This document shows positions 26,215 through 35,596 of a DNA stretch of 42,047 nt, piece by piece (the stretch's first letter is position 1; every line of letters starts with the position of its first letter). Position numbers and translations under genes: made by a program. The notes beneath the pieces were generated by a model, which did not search any database, was not told where the DNA came from, and was given only the letters and a program-made list of their open reading frames with translations. Origin of the DNA: an uncultured Chthoniobacterales bacterium. Lineage in GTDB: Bacteria; Verrucomicrobiota; Verrucomicrobiia; Chthoniobacterales; SZAS-18. The stretch is from assembly GCA_964250705.1 (NCBI GenBank), contig CAXUHC010000002.1, positions 1 to 42,047 of the forward strand. The letters are read 5' to 3'.

Positions 26215-27180
26215 TCAGACAGGCCCTGTAAAACCGGACGACACGCCGTCCGTCGAACCAAATTCTTCCGGGGCGATTTCCCGGGCAGTTTTGAAATGCG
26301 TCTTGGCCACTTGGCGCAACACGGCTGCTGAATTTTTCCTAATCAGCTCACGAGCGACGGCCTTGACCTGTGAGGATGCCCCCCGAGGTAGGACGAGGCC
26401 GTGCACCCGCCCGGCAGTTTCCAACCAGTCGATAAACTTCTCGCGGGCCAAGATGGACGCCGCCGCCACCGCCGGATCGCTCTCGGCCTTGGTGCGCTGG
26501 TCCAACTGGATGCTGCGTCCTTTTTCCAGGAGATTGCGTTTGATGATGCTCGGATTGGCGAACTGATCACTGAGCGACCGGGGGCAATCGGGCCGCTGCG
26601 CCAGGAGGTTTTCGATGACGCGCGCGTGTCCCCAACCGAGCAGGTTATTGACGTTGCGCATCTTCTGTTGCAGCGCGTTGTACCGCTCCGGGCCGATGGA
26701 GACCACGTTGTGCGCGACGCCCGGGAGTGTTTTGATGACCTCGGCCAAGGCACGGATCTTTGCGTCGGAGGTGATGCGTTTGCTGTCCTGCACCCCGGCG
26801 TCGAGCAACGCCCGGGCAATCGGTTTGTCCACGTAAACGCCCGCGATGACCAGCGGACCGAAGAAATCGCCCTTGCCGCTCTCGTCGATGCCGAAATGAG
26901 GCTCGAAGCGTTCCGGTGAAAGCACTTCCTCATAGCCGAGCGTGGCCGCGCCAAGGATTTCCGGCTCCAGCGTAAAACGGACGAAATCTTCGGTTTCCTT
27001 GCCTTGGATCAGCACCTTGGGACCTTTTTCGTACACTGCCAGGTTGAGTTTACCTTTTTGCGCCGCGTAGATCGTGTAGGGCTTATCCAGAAAATCGAAT
27101 CCCATCTCGCGCAGGCGCACCCGCAGCTTGTCGGCTTGTGCGGTGGTCAACGGCGAGGTAAAGGAGGTCACAGGTGGCAT
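26215..27180 (-). CDS. rnhC: Ribonuclease HIII
   Basis: TBP-like N-terminal domain (YEKGPKVLIQGK) plus GIDESGKGDFFGPLV, DSK, DQF and KAESDPAVAAASILAR. Confidence 0.95.
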   Translation of the reverse strand: MPPVTSFTSPLTTAQADKLRVRLREMGFDFLDKPYTIYAAQKGKLNLAVYEKGPKVLIQGKETEDFVRFTLEPEILGAATLGYEEVLSPERFEPHFGIDESGKGDFFGPLVIAGVYVDKPIARALLDAGVQDSKRITSDAKIRALAEVIKTLPGVAHNVVSIGPERYNALQQKMRNVNNLLGWGHARVIENLLAQRPDCPRSLSDQFANPSIIKRNLLEKGRSIQLDQRTKAESDPAVAAASILAREKFIDWLETAGRVHGLVLPRGASSQVKAVARELIRKNSAAVLRQVAKTHFKTAREIAPEEFGSTDGVSSGFTGPV

Positions 27181-27191
27181 CGGCAAGAAAA

Positions 27192-28211
27192 ATGGGATCG
27201 CGGACGAACCTCAGACTCCCAGAAAATCGGCGCGAATTCCAGTCCGCGCTGCTGGAATGGTTCGCGCAGCATGGCCGTGACCTGCCTTGGCGGCGCACGC
27301 GCGATCCTTATGCGATCCTGGTCAGCGAGTTCATGCTCCAACAGACGCAGGTGATTACGGTGCTCGATTATTACCGCCGTTGGCTGGAACGTTTTCCGAC
27401 GGTGATGGCGCTGGCGGACGCCCTGCAGGAGGAAGTGCTACGACGGTGGGAAGGGCTCGGGTACTACGCCCGCGCGCGCAACCTGCATCGCGCGGCGCAG
27501 ATCATCCGCGATGAACACGGCGGCGAGTTCCCGCGCAACCTGAAGGAGATCGCCGCGCTGCCGGGCGTGGGCCGGTATACCGCGGGCGCGGTGTATTCCT
27601 TCGCCTACGACCTGCCCGCGCCAATCGTGGATGCGAACATCGCCCGGGTGTTCGCGCGGATCATCCACCTGCGCATTCCGGTGGACACCACGCCCGGACA
27701 TACCGCGCTCTGGGCGACGGCGGAACAACTGCTGCCGACCGAAAACGTCCGCCTATATAATAATGCGTTGATGGAGCTGGGTGCGACCATTTGCCGGACA
27801 CGTTCGCCGCAGTGCCTGGTGTGTCCGGTGCTGTCATTTTGCGCCGCGGCGCCGTTCAATCCCGAACTCCTGCCGATCAAACGGGCACGCAAGCCCACGG
27901 TTGCCATGGCAGAAGACTGCGCGTGGATGGTGCAAGGAGGACGGCTGCTTCTGGAACAAGGGGTCGGAACTCGCTGGAAAGGATTGTGGAAACTACCGCC
28001 GCTCACGGAGCCGGCGCCGCCCGGGGCGGAACCGTTGGCCCGCCTGACCTACCCGTTTACTCATCATCAGGTCACGTTGCGAGTTTTCTTGCCGCCCAAT
28101 GTTTCCTTGTCGCCCGGTCAGCATCAGGCGTGGCACCCGCTCGAAACGATAGAAAGCGTCGCGGTGGCCGCTCCGCATCGACGCGTTATGCGGCAGCTTC
28201 TGCGTACCTGA
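27192..28211 (+). CDS. mutY: A/G-specific adenine glycosylase
   Basis: RDLPWR, VSEFMLQQT, WEGLGYYARARNL, HhH motif LPGVGRYTA, VDAN, and 4Fe-4S motif C-X6-C-X2-C-X5-C. Confidence 0.95.
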   Translation: MGSRTNLRLPENRREFQSALLEWFAQHGRDLPWRRTRDPYAILVSEFMLQQTQVITVLDYYRRWLERFPTVMALADALQEEVLRRWEGLGYYARARNLHRAAQIIRDEHGGEFPRNLKEIAALPGVGRYTAGAVYSFAYDLPAPIVDANIARVFARIIHLRIPVDTTPGHTALWATAEQLLPTENVRLYNNALMELGATICRTRSPQCLVCPVLSFCAAAPFNPELLPIKRARKPTVAMAEDCAWMVQGGRLLLEQGVGTRWKGLWKLPPLTEPAPPGAEPLARLTYPFTHHQVTLRVFLPPNVSLSPGQHQAWHPLETIESVAVAAPHRRVMRQLLRT

Positions 28212-28295
28212 AAGTTTCCCGAAAGGGATCAGATGTTCCGAGATCACTTGTCCCATCCGCTTTCCGGCATAGGTTCTCGGGCAACCGCACCTCTC

Positions 28296-29543
28296 ATGCA
28301 ATCCCTTCCCGATGCACACGGCTATTTTGGCCCCTATGGTGGCATGTTCGTGCCCGAAACGCTCATGTCTCCGTTGCGCGAACTCGCCGATGAGTACGAG
28401 CGGGCGCGCAAGGACTCCGTTTTCCAACGGGAACTCGCCACTTTGTTGCAGGACTTCGCCGGGCGGCCCACCCCGCTCTATTTCGCCGAACGTCTCACCA
28501 AGAAACTCGGCGGAGCGAAAATTTATTTCAAGCGGGAAGACCTTCTTCATACCGGCGCGCACAAGATCAACAACGCGCTCGGCCAGATCCTCCTCGCCCG
28601 GCGGATGGGCAAAAAGCGCATCATCGCCGAAACCGGCGCAGGCCAGCACGGCGTCGCTACGGCAACCGTCGCCGCACACTTCGGCTGCGAATGCATCGTC
28701 TACATGGGCAAGGTCGACATGGAGCGCCAGGCGCTCAACGTCGCGCGGATGCGTTTTCTCGGCGCGAAAGTCGTGCCGGTGACGGCGGGCGCGGCGACCC
28801 TCAAGGAGGCGATCAACGAAGCCATGCGCGACTGGGTTACGCACGTCCGCACGACGTTTTACATCCTCGGGAGCGCGCTAGGCTCGCACCCCTACCCCAT
28901 GATGGTGCGCGATTTTCACCGCGTCATCGGCGACGAGGCCCGCCGCCAGATGCTCGCCCGCGAAGGCCGCCTGCCCGATCTGCTCATCGCCTGCGTGGGC
29001 GGCGGGAGCAACGCCATCGGGCTGTTTCATCCGTTTCTGGACGACGAGGAAGTGCGGATGGTGGGCGTCGAGGCGGGCGGCGAAGGTGTCGGCCCGGGGC
29101 AAAAGCACGCGGCGCGTTTTCAAGGCGGGCGCCTCGGGGTGCTCCAGGGCACAAAGACGTTTCTGCTCGCTGATGAGGATGGTCAAATCCAGCTCACGCA
29201 TTCCATTTCCGCCGGGCTGGATTACGCCGCCGTCGGACCCGAGCACAGCCATCTGCGCGACATCGCCCGCGCCGACTACGTCCAGGCCACGGACGACGAG
29301 GCGCTCGCCGCGTTCCACGAACTCGCCAGGACTGAAGGCATCATCCCGGCGCTGGAAACCGCCCATGCCGTTGCGCACGCGATGCGCGTCGCACCGACCA
29401 TGAGCAAGAACGAGATTATCCTGGTCAATCTGTCGGGCCGGGGAGACAAGGACGTGCAGCAGGTCGCCGCGATGGAAACCCTGCCCACCATCCAATCGCC
29501 GAAGCTCGAAACCGAGCACCGTCTGCCGTCGCCGGTGCAGTAA
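28296..29543 (+). CDS. trpB: Tryptophan synthase beta chain (no adjacent trpA)
   Basis: [53 protein letters not shown]. Confidence 0.97.
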   Translation: MQSLPDAHGYFGPYGGMFVPETLMSPLRELADEYERARKDSVFQRELATLLQDFAGRPTPLYFAERLTKKLGGAKIYFKREDLLHTGAHKINNALGQILLARRMGKKRIIAETGAGQHGVATATVAAHFGCECIVYMGKVDMERQALNVARMRFLGAKVVPVTAGAATLKEAINEAMRDWVTHVRTTFYILGSALGSHPYPMMVRDFHRVIGDEARRQMLAREGRLPDLLIACVGGGSNAIGLFHPFLDDEEVRMVGVEAGGEGVGPGQKHAARFQGGRLGVLQGTKTFLLADEDGQIQLTHSISAGLDYAAVGPEHSHLRDIARADYVQATDDEALAAFHELARTEGIIPALETAHAVAHAMRVAPTMSKNEIILVNLSGRGDKDVQQVAAMETLPTIQSPKLETEHRLPSPVQ

Positions 29544-29558
29544 CTTTTTCTCCCCTCG

Positions 29559-30446
29559 ATGCGCAGCATGACAGGCTATGGCAGCGGTCGCGCCGCCGCA
29601 CCCGACGGGGCGCAGTGCGCCGTGGAAATCCAGAGCGTCAACCGGAAGCAGACCGAATTGATGATCAACCTGCCGCGCGACCTGAGCAGCCTGGAGCCAT
29701 CGGTACGTGAGACCGTGAACGGACGCGTGGCGCGGGGACGGTTCGTGGTCAACGTCAGTTTCCAGGCGCGGGCGGCGGCATCCGCGGACGCTCCCTCGCT
29801 CGATGTGGTGACCGCTCGTGCCTACCACGAAGCGATGCTCGCCTTGCAAAAGGAGTTGGGCGCGGGCGGAGAAATCAGCATCGAGACCATCCTGCGCGCA
29901 CCGGGAGTGCTGCGGTTGCGGGAGCAGGAGACCGTCGTTCCAAACTTGGTTTGGCCGCAGGTCAAAACGGCGTTGGACGTGGCGCTCGCCGCGCTGATCG
30001 AAATGCGGGGACGCGAGGGCCGGCGGCTCGCCGAAGATTTGCGCGCGCGCGTCGAACTTCTGCGGGAACTGCTGGAGGGAATCCGGGTGCGTGAGCCGCT
30101 CGTGGTGCAGCACCATCGTCAAGCCATGCAGGAACGGCTGGCTCGCGCCGGTCTGGAGATCCCCGTCGACGAGGAGCGTCTCGCCAAGGAAATCGCGCTG
30201 TTTGCCGACCGCAGTGATATTTCCGAAGAGGTCACCCGGCTCGAAAGTCATTTCGACCAGCTGACCGCGCTGCTCGACGAGCCGGAAAAACCCGTCGGGC
30301 GCACGCTCGATTTTCTCACCCAGGAAATCGCGCGCGAACTCAATACCCTCGGAGCCAAGGCCAACGACCCCGCCATCGGCCAGAGCGTTCTTACGGCGAA
30401 GACGGAATTGGACAAAATCCGCGAACAGGTCCAGAACATCGAATGA
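29559..30446 (+). CDS. yicC: YicC/YloC family endoribonuclease
   Basis: MRSMTGYG, EI.SVN, DISEEVTRL, GRTLDFL.QE..RE.NT, IREQVQNIE. Confidence 0.95.
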   Translation: MRSMTGYGSGRAAAPDGAQCAVEIQSVNRKQTELMINLPRDLSSLEPSVRETVNGRVARGRFVVNVSFQARAAASADAPSLDVVTARAYHEAMLALQKELGAGGEISIETILRAPGVLRLREQETVVPNLVWPQVKTALDVALAALIEMRGREGRRLAEDLRARVELLRELLEGIRVREPLVVQHHRQAMQERLARAGLEIPVDEERLAKEIALFADRSDISEEVTRLESHFDQLTALLDEPEKPVGRTLDFLTQEIARELNTLGAKANDPAIGQSVLTAKTELDKIREQVQNIE

Positions 30447-31078
30447 CCCCAAGCGAAACCGAGCCGAAGAAAATCGCCCGCGGAGGCATTTTGTTTGTCA
30501 TTTCCGCGCCGTCCGGCTCCGGTAAGACCACGCTCTGCACGGCATTGCGCCAGACGCGGGATTTCGTTTACTCGGTTTCCTGCACGACACGACTTCCCCG
30601 CCCCGGTGAAATCGAAGGCGAGGATTACTATTTCATTTCGCTTGGGCAATTCCGCGCGCACGTCGAGGCCGGTGATTTTCTGGAGCACGCGAATGTGCAC
30701 GGCAATTTTTACGGCACGTTGCGACACAATGTCCTGGGCCATCTGCTCGCAGGCGTGGACGTGCTGATCGACATTGACACGCAGGGCGCGGCCGCTATTC
30801 GCAACGATTCCAATCAGGACATTCAAGACGCGCTCGCGGATGTCTTCATCATGCCGCCGAGCCGCGACGAATTGCGCCGCCGCCTCACGAAGCGAGGCAC
30901 CGAGACGCCCGAGCAAATCGAGCGTCGACTGGCCGATGCCGCGCGGGAGGTCACCCGTTGGCGGGACTACCGGTACACCATCATCAGCGGATCGGTGGAG
31001 GAGGACCTCGCCAAATTCCGCGCGATCATGCGCGCCGAACGGTACCTCAGTCGACGGTTCGCGAACTTCATGTTCTGA
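30443..31078 (+). CDS. gmk: Guanylate kinase
   Basis: SAPSGSGKTT, SVSCTTR.PRPGE..G.DYYF, YGT, IDTQGA. Confidence 0.96.
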   Translation: MTPSETEPKKIARGGILFVISAPSGSGKTTLCTALRQTRDFVYSVSCTTRLPRPGEIEGEDYYFISLGQFRAHVEAGDFLEHANVHGNFYGTLRHNVLGHLLAGVDVLIDIDTQGAAAIRNDSNQDIQDALADVFIMPPSRDELRRRLTKRGTETPEQIERRLADAAREVTRWRDYRYTIISGSVEEDLAKFRAIMRAERYLSRRFANFMF

Positions 31079-31090
31079 GCGAGGATTTCG

Positions 31091-31642
31091 ATGATGACCG
31101 CGCAAGCAAAGTCCGTGGTGTTGGGGGTGACCGGCTCTATCGCCGCGTACAAGGCCGCGGACATTGCCAGCCGCCTCACGAAGCTGGGACGCGCGGTCAA
31201 CGTCGTGATGACCGCCGGAGCGCGCGAGTTCATCACTCCGCTGACGCTCCAGGTGTTGTCGAAGCATCCGGTGGTCAGCGACCTGTTTGACGAAAAGGAA
31301 GGCTGGCAGCCTGGCCACATCGAACTGGCTGACCGTGCGGATTTGTTGCTCATCGCTCCGGCGACGGCGCAGGTGATCGCCGAACTCGCGCACGGATTTT
31401 CCCGGGGTGCGCTGGCGGCTATCGCGCTGGCAACGCGCGCGCCGATCCTCATCGCGCCCGCCATGAACGGCAAGATGTGGCAACATGCCGCGACCGTGGG
31501 AAACGTCGAATGCCTCCGCACGCGCGGGGTGCGCTTCATTGGCCCGGAGGAAGGGCTGTTGGCCTGCGGATACGAGGGTATCGGCAGACTCTGGCCGGTA
31601 GACGGAATCATCAAAGCGGCGGAGAATATTCTCGCCGCCTGA
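31091..31642 (+). CDS. coaC: Phosphopantothenoylcysteine decarboxylase (stand-alone CoaC)
   Basis: LGVTGSIAAYKA, HIELA, APATA, APAMN..MW, G.LACG..G.GR. Confidence 0.93.
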   Translation: MMTAQAKSVVLGVTGSIAAYKAADIASRLTKLGRAVNVVMTAGAREFITPLTLQVLSKHPVVSDLFDEKEGWQPGHIELADRADLLLIAPATAQVIAELAHGFSRGALAAIALATRAPILIAPAMNGKMWQHAATVGNVECLRTRGVRFIGPEEGLLACGYEGIGRLWPVDGIIKAAENILAA

Positions 31643-31699
31643 TCCCCGCTACCGGGGGGGAGCGTCAGCACGCGGCAACTGGAGCGGTCGCCCTGCAAC

Positions 31700-32353
31700 A
31701 TGAAATTCCTGATCACCGCCGGGCCCACGCGCGAGCCCATCGACCCGGTTCGCTACCTGAGCAACCGCTCATCGGGCAAAATGGGTTACGCCATCGCGCG
31801 GGCCGCGCTCACGGCGGGGCACGAGGTCGTGCTGGTGAGCGGCCCGGTCGCGCTCTCCGAACCGGAAGGAGCGCGCGTGCTCAAAGTGACGACGAGCGAC
31901 GAGATGTTCGATGCTGTACATGCTCGGGTCGGATCGGCCGACGTCTGTGTGCTCTGCGCGGCGGTCGCGGATTTCCAGCCTGCCTCGGTCGCGCCAACGA
32001 AGATCAAAAAAGGCCAGCGGGAATCCTGCACGCTCGAACTCGTCGCCACGCGCGACATCCTGCTCTCGCTTCGCGATTACGTGCGACCGCAGGATGGCCG
32101 CAGACCCTTGGTGATCGGCTTTGCGGCGGAGACGGATTGCGTCCTGGAAAACGCGCGTCGCAAGTTGCGCGAGAAGGGTTGCGCGCTGCTCATCGTCAAC
32201 GATGTGAGTCGCACCGATATCGGATTTGAGAACGACGAAAACGAACTGACCCTTTTATATACCAGTGGTGACGAAGAAGTGCTTCCACGGGCAAAAAAAG
32301 ACGTGCTGGCGGCGAATTTAGTGAAGATTTTTGAGAAATTATCTAAATATTAG
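31700..32353 (+). CDS. coaB: Phosphopantothenate--cysteine ligase (stand-alone CoaB)
   Basis: LITAGPTREPIDPVRYLSNRSSGKMG, AAVADF, KIKK, GFAAET, IVNDVS. Confidence 0.93.
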   Translation: MKFLITAGPTREPIDPVRYLSNRSSGKMGYAIARAALTAGHEVVLVSGPVALSEPEGARVLKVTTSDEMFDAVHARVGSADVCVLCAAVADFQPASVAPTKIKKGQRESCTLELVATRDILLSLRDYVRPQDGRRPLVIGFAAETDCVLENARRKLREKGCALLIVNDVSRTDIGFENDENELTLLYTSGDEEVLPRAKKDVLAANLVKIFEKLSKY

Positions 32354-32382
32354 TTGACGGGAGTCGCGCGGGTCGCTAACTG

Positions 32383-32427
32383 CTACAACATGTGGAGCGA
32401 CCATTGCTCTACTACAACATCTAGTTA
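32383..32427. promoter_or_regulatory. Tandem NrdR-box-like sites upstream of the histone-like gene
   Basis: ctaCAACATGTGGagc (32383-32398) and ctaCAACATCTAGtta (32412-32427) resemble the NrdR consensus acaCwAtATaTwGtg; start-to-start spacing is 29 bp. Confidence 0.45.
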
Positions 32428-32460
32428 CCGCGACTCGCGGACGGAAAGAGGTGAACATTG

Positions 32461-32643
32461 ATGCCCACTAAGAAAGCAACCACCAAAAAGGCTCCCGTAG
32501 CGGCTAAAGCTGCGGCCCCCGTCAAGAAGGCTCCGGCCAAGAAACTGGCGGCGAAGAAGGCCCCCGCAGCGAAAGCTGCCCCGGCCAAAGCAGCTCCCAA
32601 GGCTGCGGCTCCTGCGAAGAAAGCTCCCGCGAAGAAGAAGTAA
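32461..32643 (+). CDS. Small Lys/Ala/Pro-rich histone H1-like protein (60 aa)
   Basis: MPTKKATTKKAPVAAKAAAPVKKAPAKK... with PAKK/KKAP repeats and no acidic residues; SD-like GAGGTG upstream and terminators downstream. Confidence 0.85.
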   Translation: MPTKKATTKKAPVAAKAAAPVKKAPAKKLAAKKAPAAKAAPAKAAPKAAAPAKKAPAKKK

Positions 32644-32662
32644 AACCTTCGCGGGTTTTTTT
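32642..32662 (+). terminator. Intrinsic terminator 1 after the histone-like gene
   Basis: AAAACC-TTCGCG-GGTTTT stem running into a T7 tract. Confidence 0.45.
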
Positions 32663-32686
32663 CGTCTCAACATCACCTTCAACCGC

Positions 32687-32728
32687 TCAGGGAGAGAAGA
32701 CCTCGTGTTTTCTCTCCCTGATTTTTTT
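32687..32728 (+). terminator. Strong intrinsic terminator 2
   Basis: 12-bp stem TCAGGGAGAGAA/TTCTCTCCCTGA followed by TTTTTTT. Confidence 0.8.
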
Positions 32729-32810
32729 CCGCTTTCGACCATACGAAAACCCGGCGAGTTCATTGACAAAACGGGTACGACGCCGGCCTTTTCCCGCCTA
32801 CATTCTGCAC

Positions 32811-33581
32811 ATGTCTTCTTACCTTGAAACCGCCGTCTCTGCCGCACGCGCCGCAGGAAATTTGCTGCGCGAAAACTTCGGCGGAGAACTCCATGTCAAC
32901 GCTTTTGCCGCGCACGACATCAAGCTCGAACTCGACGAAAAGGCGCAGGAACTCATCACTCAGATCATTCTCCAGCGGCATCACGACCACGCGATTTTCG
33001 GCGAGGAAGGAATCGCGGGAAATCAGGACAGCGAGTTCCAATGGATCGTTGATCCGCTCGACGGTACGGTGAATTATTTCTACGGCATCCCCCACTTCTG
33101 CGTGTCCGTGGCGCTGCGTCAGAACGAGGAGATTCTCGCCGGGGTAATCTACGATCCGATGCGCGAGGAACTCTTCACCGCCGAGCGCGGCGGCGCGGCT
33201 TTGCTCAACGGCAACCCGATGGCGGTCAGCGCTCGCGCCCAACTTTCCGAGGCGATTGTGTCGGTCGGGCTGGCGAAGGTTTCGCAAACCATCGACCTCG
33301 GATTACCCGTCCTGCAAGATCTCATCCATCGCGTCCGCAAGTGCCGCATGATGGGCAGCGCGGCGCTTGACCTCGCTTACGTTGCCAGCGGCCGGCTCGA
33401 CGCCTATATCGAAGCCGGGGTACGGATCTGGGACGTGGCTGCCGGGGTCCTCATGGTCAGCAATGCGGGCGGCAGCGTGGTGATGAATCCACGCCCCGAC
33501 GCACCCGACAAACTCACGGTCGTCGCCTCCAGCGGGCGCATCGCCGAAATTGCTCAAAGCGGCCAACGCCTTGCGGCGTAG
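32811..33581 (+). CDS. suhB: Inositol monophosphatase family protein (SuhB-like)
   Basis: GEE, WIVDPLDGTVNY, R..GSAALDLAYVASGRLD, WDVAAG. Confidence 0.88.
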   Translation: MSSYLETAVSAARAAGNLLRENFGGELHVNAFAAHDIKLELDEKAQELITQIILQRHHDHAIFGEEGIAGNQDSEFQWIVDPLDGTVNYFYGIPHFCVSVALRQNEEILAGVIYDPMREELFTAERGGAALLNGNPMAVSARAQLSEAIVSVGLAKVSQTIDLGLPVLQDLIHRVRKCRMMGSAALDLAYVASGRLDAYIEAGVRIWDVAAGVLMVSNAGGSVVMNPRPDAPDKLTVVASSGRIAEIAQSGQRLAA

Positions 33582-33617
33582 CGAATCATCCTTGTCATCT
33601 GGCCTCGCTTTTACTTT

Positions 33618-34154
33618 ATGTCCAAAATCGTTCTGTCGGGAATTGGTTACGACGTGCATGCGTTGACCGAAGGCCGTCCTCTCGTGCTGGGTGGCGTGGA
33701 GATTCCGCATTCGAAAGGATTGCTCGGCCATTCGGATGCCGACGTGCTCATCCACGCGATTGCCGATGCGCTGCTGGGCACCATCGGCGCGGGAGACATC
33801 GGCCATCATTTTCCGAACACGGACGAATCCATCCGCGGCATCCACAGCATCGAAATCCTCACGCGGGTGGCTGAGATCCTCGCCGGGCGCGATGCGCGCA
33901 TCGTCAACGTCGATGCCACGATCATTGCCGAAGCGCCCAAGATCGCCCCCCATATTGCCGCGATGAAGCAATGTCTCGCGGAAGCGTTGCGTCTGCCGCT
34001 CTCGCGCGTCAGTATCAAAGCTACGACCAACGAGGGACTAGGCTTCCTGGGACGCGCCGAGGGCATCGCGGCGATGGCCGTGGCCAGCGTGTCGATGGAC
34101 GAGGAGCAGCTTGATCCTGAAACCGCCCCGCCCCCGCCCGCGGTCGGGCTTTGA
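33618..34154 (+). CDS. ispF: 2-C-methyl-D-erythritol 2,4-cyclodiphosphate synthase
   Basis: GIGYDVH, GHSDADVLIHAIADALLG, GDIGHHFP, KATTNE.LG..GR.EGIA. Confidence 0.97.
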   Translation: MSKIVLSGIGYDVHALTEGRPLVLGGVEIPHSKGLLGHSDADVLIHAIADALLGTIGAGDIGHHFPNTDESIRGIHSIEILTRVAEILAGRDARIVNVDATIIAEAPKIAPHIAAMKQCLAEALRLPLSRVSIKATTNEGLGFLGRAEGIAAMAVASVSMDEEQLDPETAPPPPAVGL

Positions 34155-34189
34155 TCTGATTATCGCCGAACGTTGGCCCGCTTACTTTC

Positions 34190-35596
34190 ATGCCTCCGCG
34201 CCTCTTCAACACGTACTCCCGCCAACTCGAAGAGTTTGTGCCGCTCGACCCGGACAAACAGACCGTCAAGCTCTACACCTGCGGTCCGACCGTTTACAGC
34301 TACGCGCACATCGGCAATTTCCGCGCGTACATCTTCGAGGACCTGCTTCAACGTCACCTGGAGACGCGTGGTTTCCGAGTGCATCGGGTGATGAACCTCA
34401 CCGACGTGGACGACAAAACGATTAAAGGCTGCCGGGCGGCAAACGTCCCGCTGGCGGAATTTACCGCGCCCTTCAAGGCGGCGTTTTTTGAGGATCTGCG
34501 CGCCTTGCGCATCCAGGCCGCGCGCGAATTCCCGGAGGCCACCGCGCCGCAATACATCGCGCGCATGATCGAGATGATCGGCGTCCTCGTGGAGCGCGGT
34601 TACGCCTATCAAGCCGAGGACCACAGCGTTTATTACCGCATCAAGGAGTTTCCCGACTACGGCAAGTTGTCGCATCTGGATCTGGAGCAGTTGCGGCCCG
34701 GCGTGCGGGTCCGGAGCGACGAGTACGAGAAGGAGAACGTCGGCGACTTCGCGCTCTGGAAAGCCTGGGACGAAGCGGACGGCGACGTGGGCTGGGAAAG
34801 CCCGTGGGGGCGAGGTCGTCCCGGCTGGCATATCGAATGCAGCGCGATGGCTGGCGCGCTGCTCGGCGACGAGATCGACATTCACTGCGGCGGCGAGGAC
34901 AATATTTTTCCGCACCACGAAGCCGAGATCGCCCAGAGCGAGGCCGTCACCGGCAAAAAATTCGTGCGCTATTGGATGCACTGCAAACACCTCATGGTGG
35001 ACGGCCAGAAGATGAGCAAATCGCTGGGCAATTTTTACACGCTGCGCGACGTGCTGGCCAAGGGTTACAGCGGACGCGAGGTGCGCTATGCCCTTCTGCG
35101 GGTGAACTACGGATTGCCGCTCAATTTCACCTTCGACGGCATGGCCGACGCGCGTCAAGCGCTCCGGCGCATCGACGCCTGGCATACCCGCCTCTCCGAT
35201 CACGCTGCCTCCGCCCCGACCGGCGAGCCGCATCCGCTCGCCGATCAAGAACGCTTCGAGAAAGCACTCGACGACGACCTCAACATTTCCGGCGCGCTCG
35301 GCCAGCTTTTTGAGATCGTCCGCGAGAGCAACCTCGCGCTCGACAAGGATCAGCTCGCACCCGCGCAATCCCGGCGTCTACTGGAATGGTGGTCACGCAT
35401 CAACCGCACCCTCGCCATTGAGCCGGACGCCGAAATCGACGCCGTGCCTGCCACCGTGCAGGCACTCCTCGACGAGCGCGCCCAGGTTCGCAAGGACAAG
35501 AATTTCAAACGCAGCGACGAGTTGCGCGACGCCATCGCCGCCGCCGGCTGGGCGGTCAAGGACACCAAGGACGGACAAAAATTGTCGAAAGCATGA
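34190..35596 (+). CDS. cysS: Cysteine--tRNA ligase
   Basis: YTCGPTVY..AHIGN, DFALWK, GRPGWHIECSAM, FPHHE, KMSKS. Confidence 0.98.
   Translation: MPPRLFNTYSRQLEEFVPLDPDKQTVKLYTCGPTVYSYAHIGNFRAYIFEDLLQRHLETRGFRVHRVMNLTDVDDKTIKGCRAANVPLAEFTAPFKAAFFEDLRALRIQAAREFPEATAPQYIARMIEMIGVLVERGYAYQAEDHSVYYRIKEFPDYGKLSHLDLEQLRPGVRVRSDEYEKENVGDFALWKAWDEADGDVGWESPWGRGRPGWHIECSAMAGALLGDEIDIHCGGEDNIFPHHEAEIAQSEAVTGKKFVRYWMHCKHLMVDGQKMSKSLGNFYTLRDVLAKGYSGREVRYALLRVNYGLPLNFTFDGMADARQALRRIDAWHTRLSDHAASAPTGEPHPLADQERFEKALDDDLNISGALGQLFEIVRESNLALDKDQLAPAQSRRLLEWWSRINRTLAIEPDAEIDAVPATVQALLDERAQVRKDKNFKRSDELRDAIAAAGWAVKDTKDGQKLSKA

Noticed and set aside
32461-32643. AAGAAGGCTCC-type repeats as a CRISPR array or DNA repeat
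   Set aside because: They simply encode the KKAP/PAKK peptide repeats. There are no spacers or cas genes anywhere in the window.
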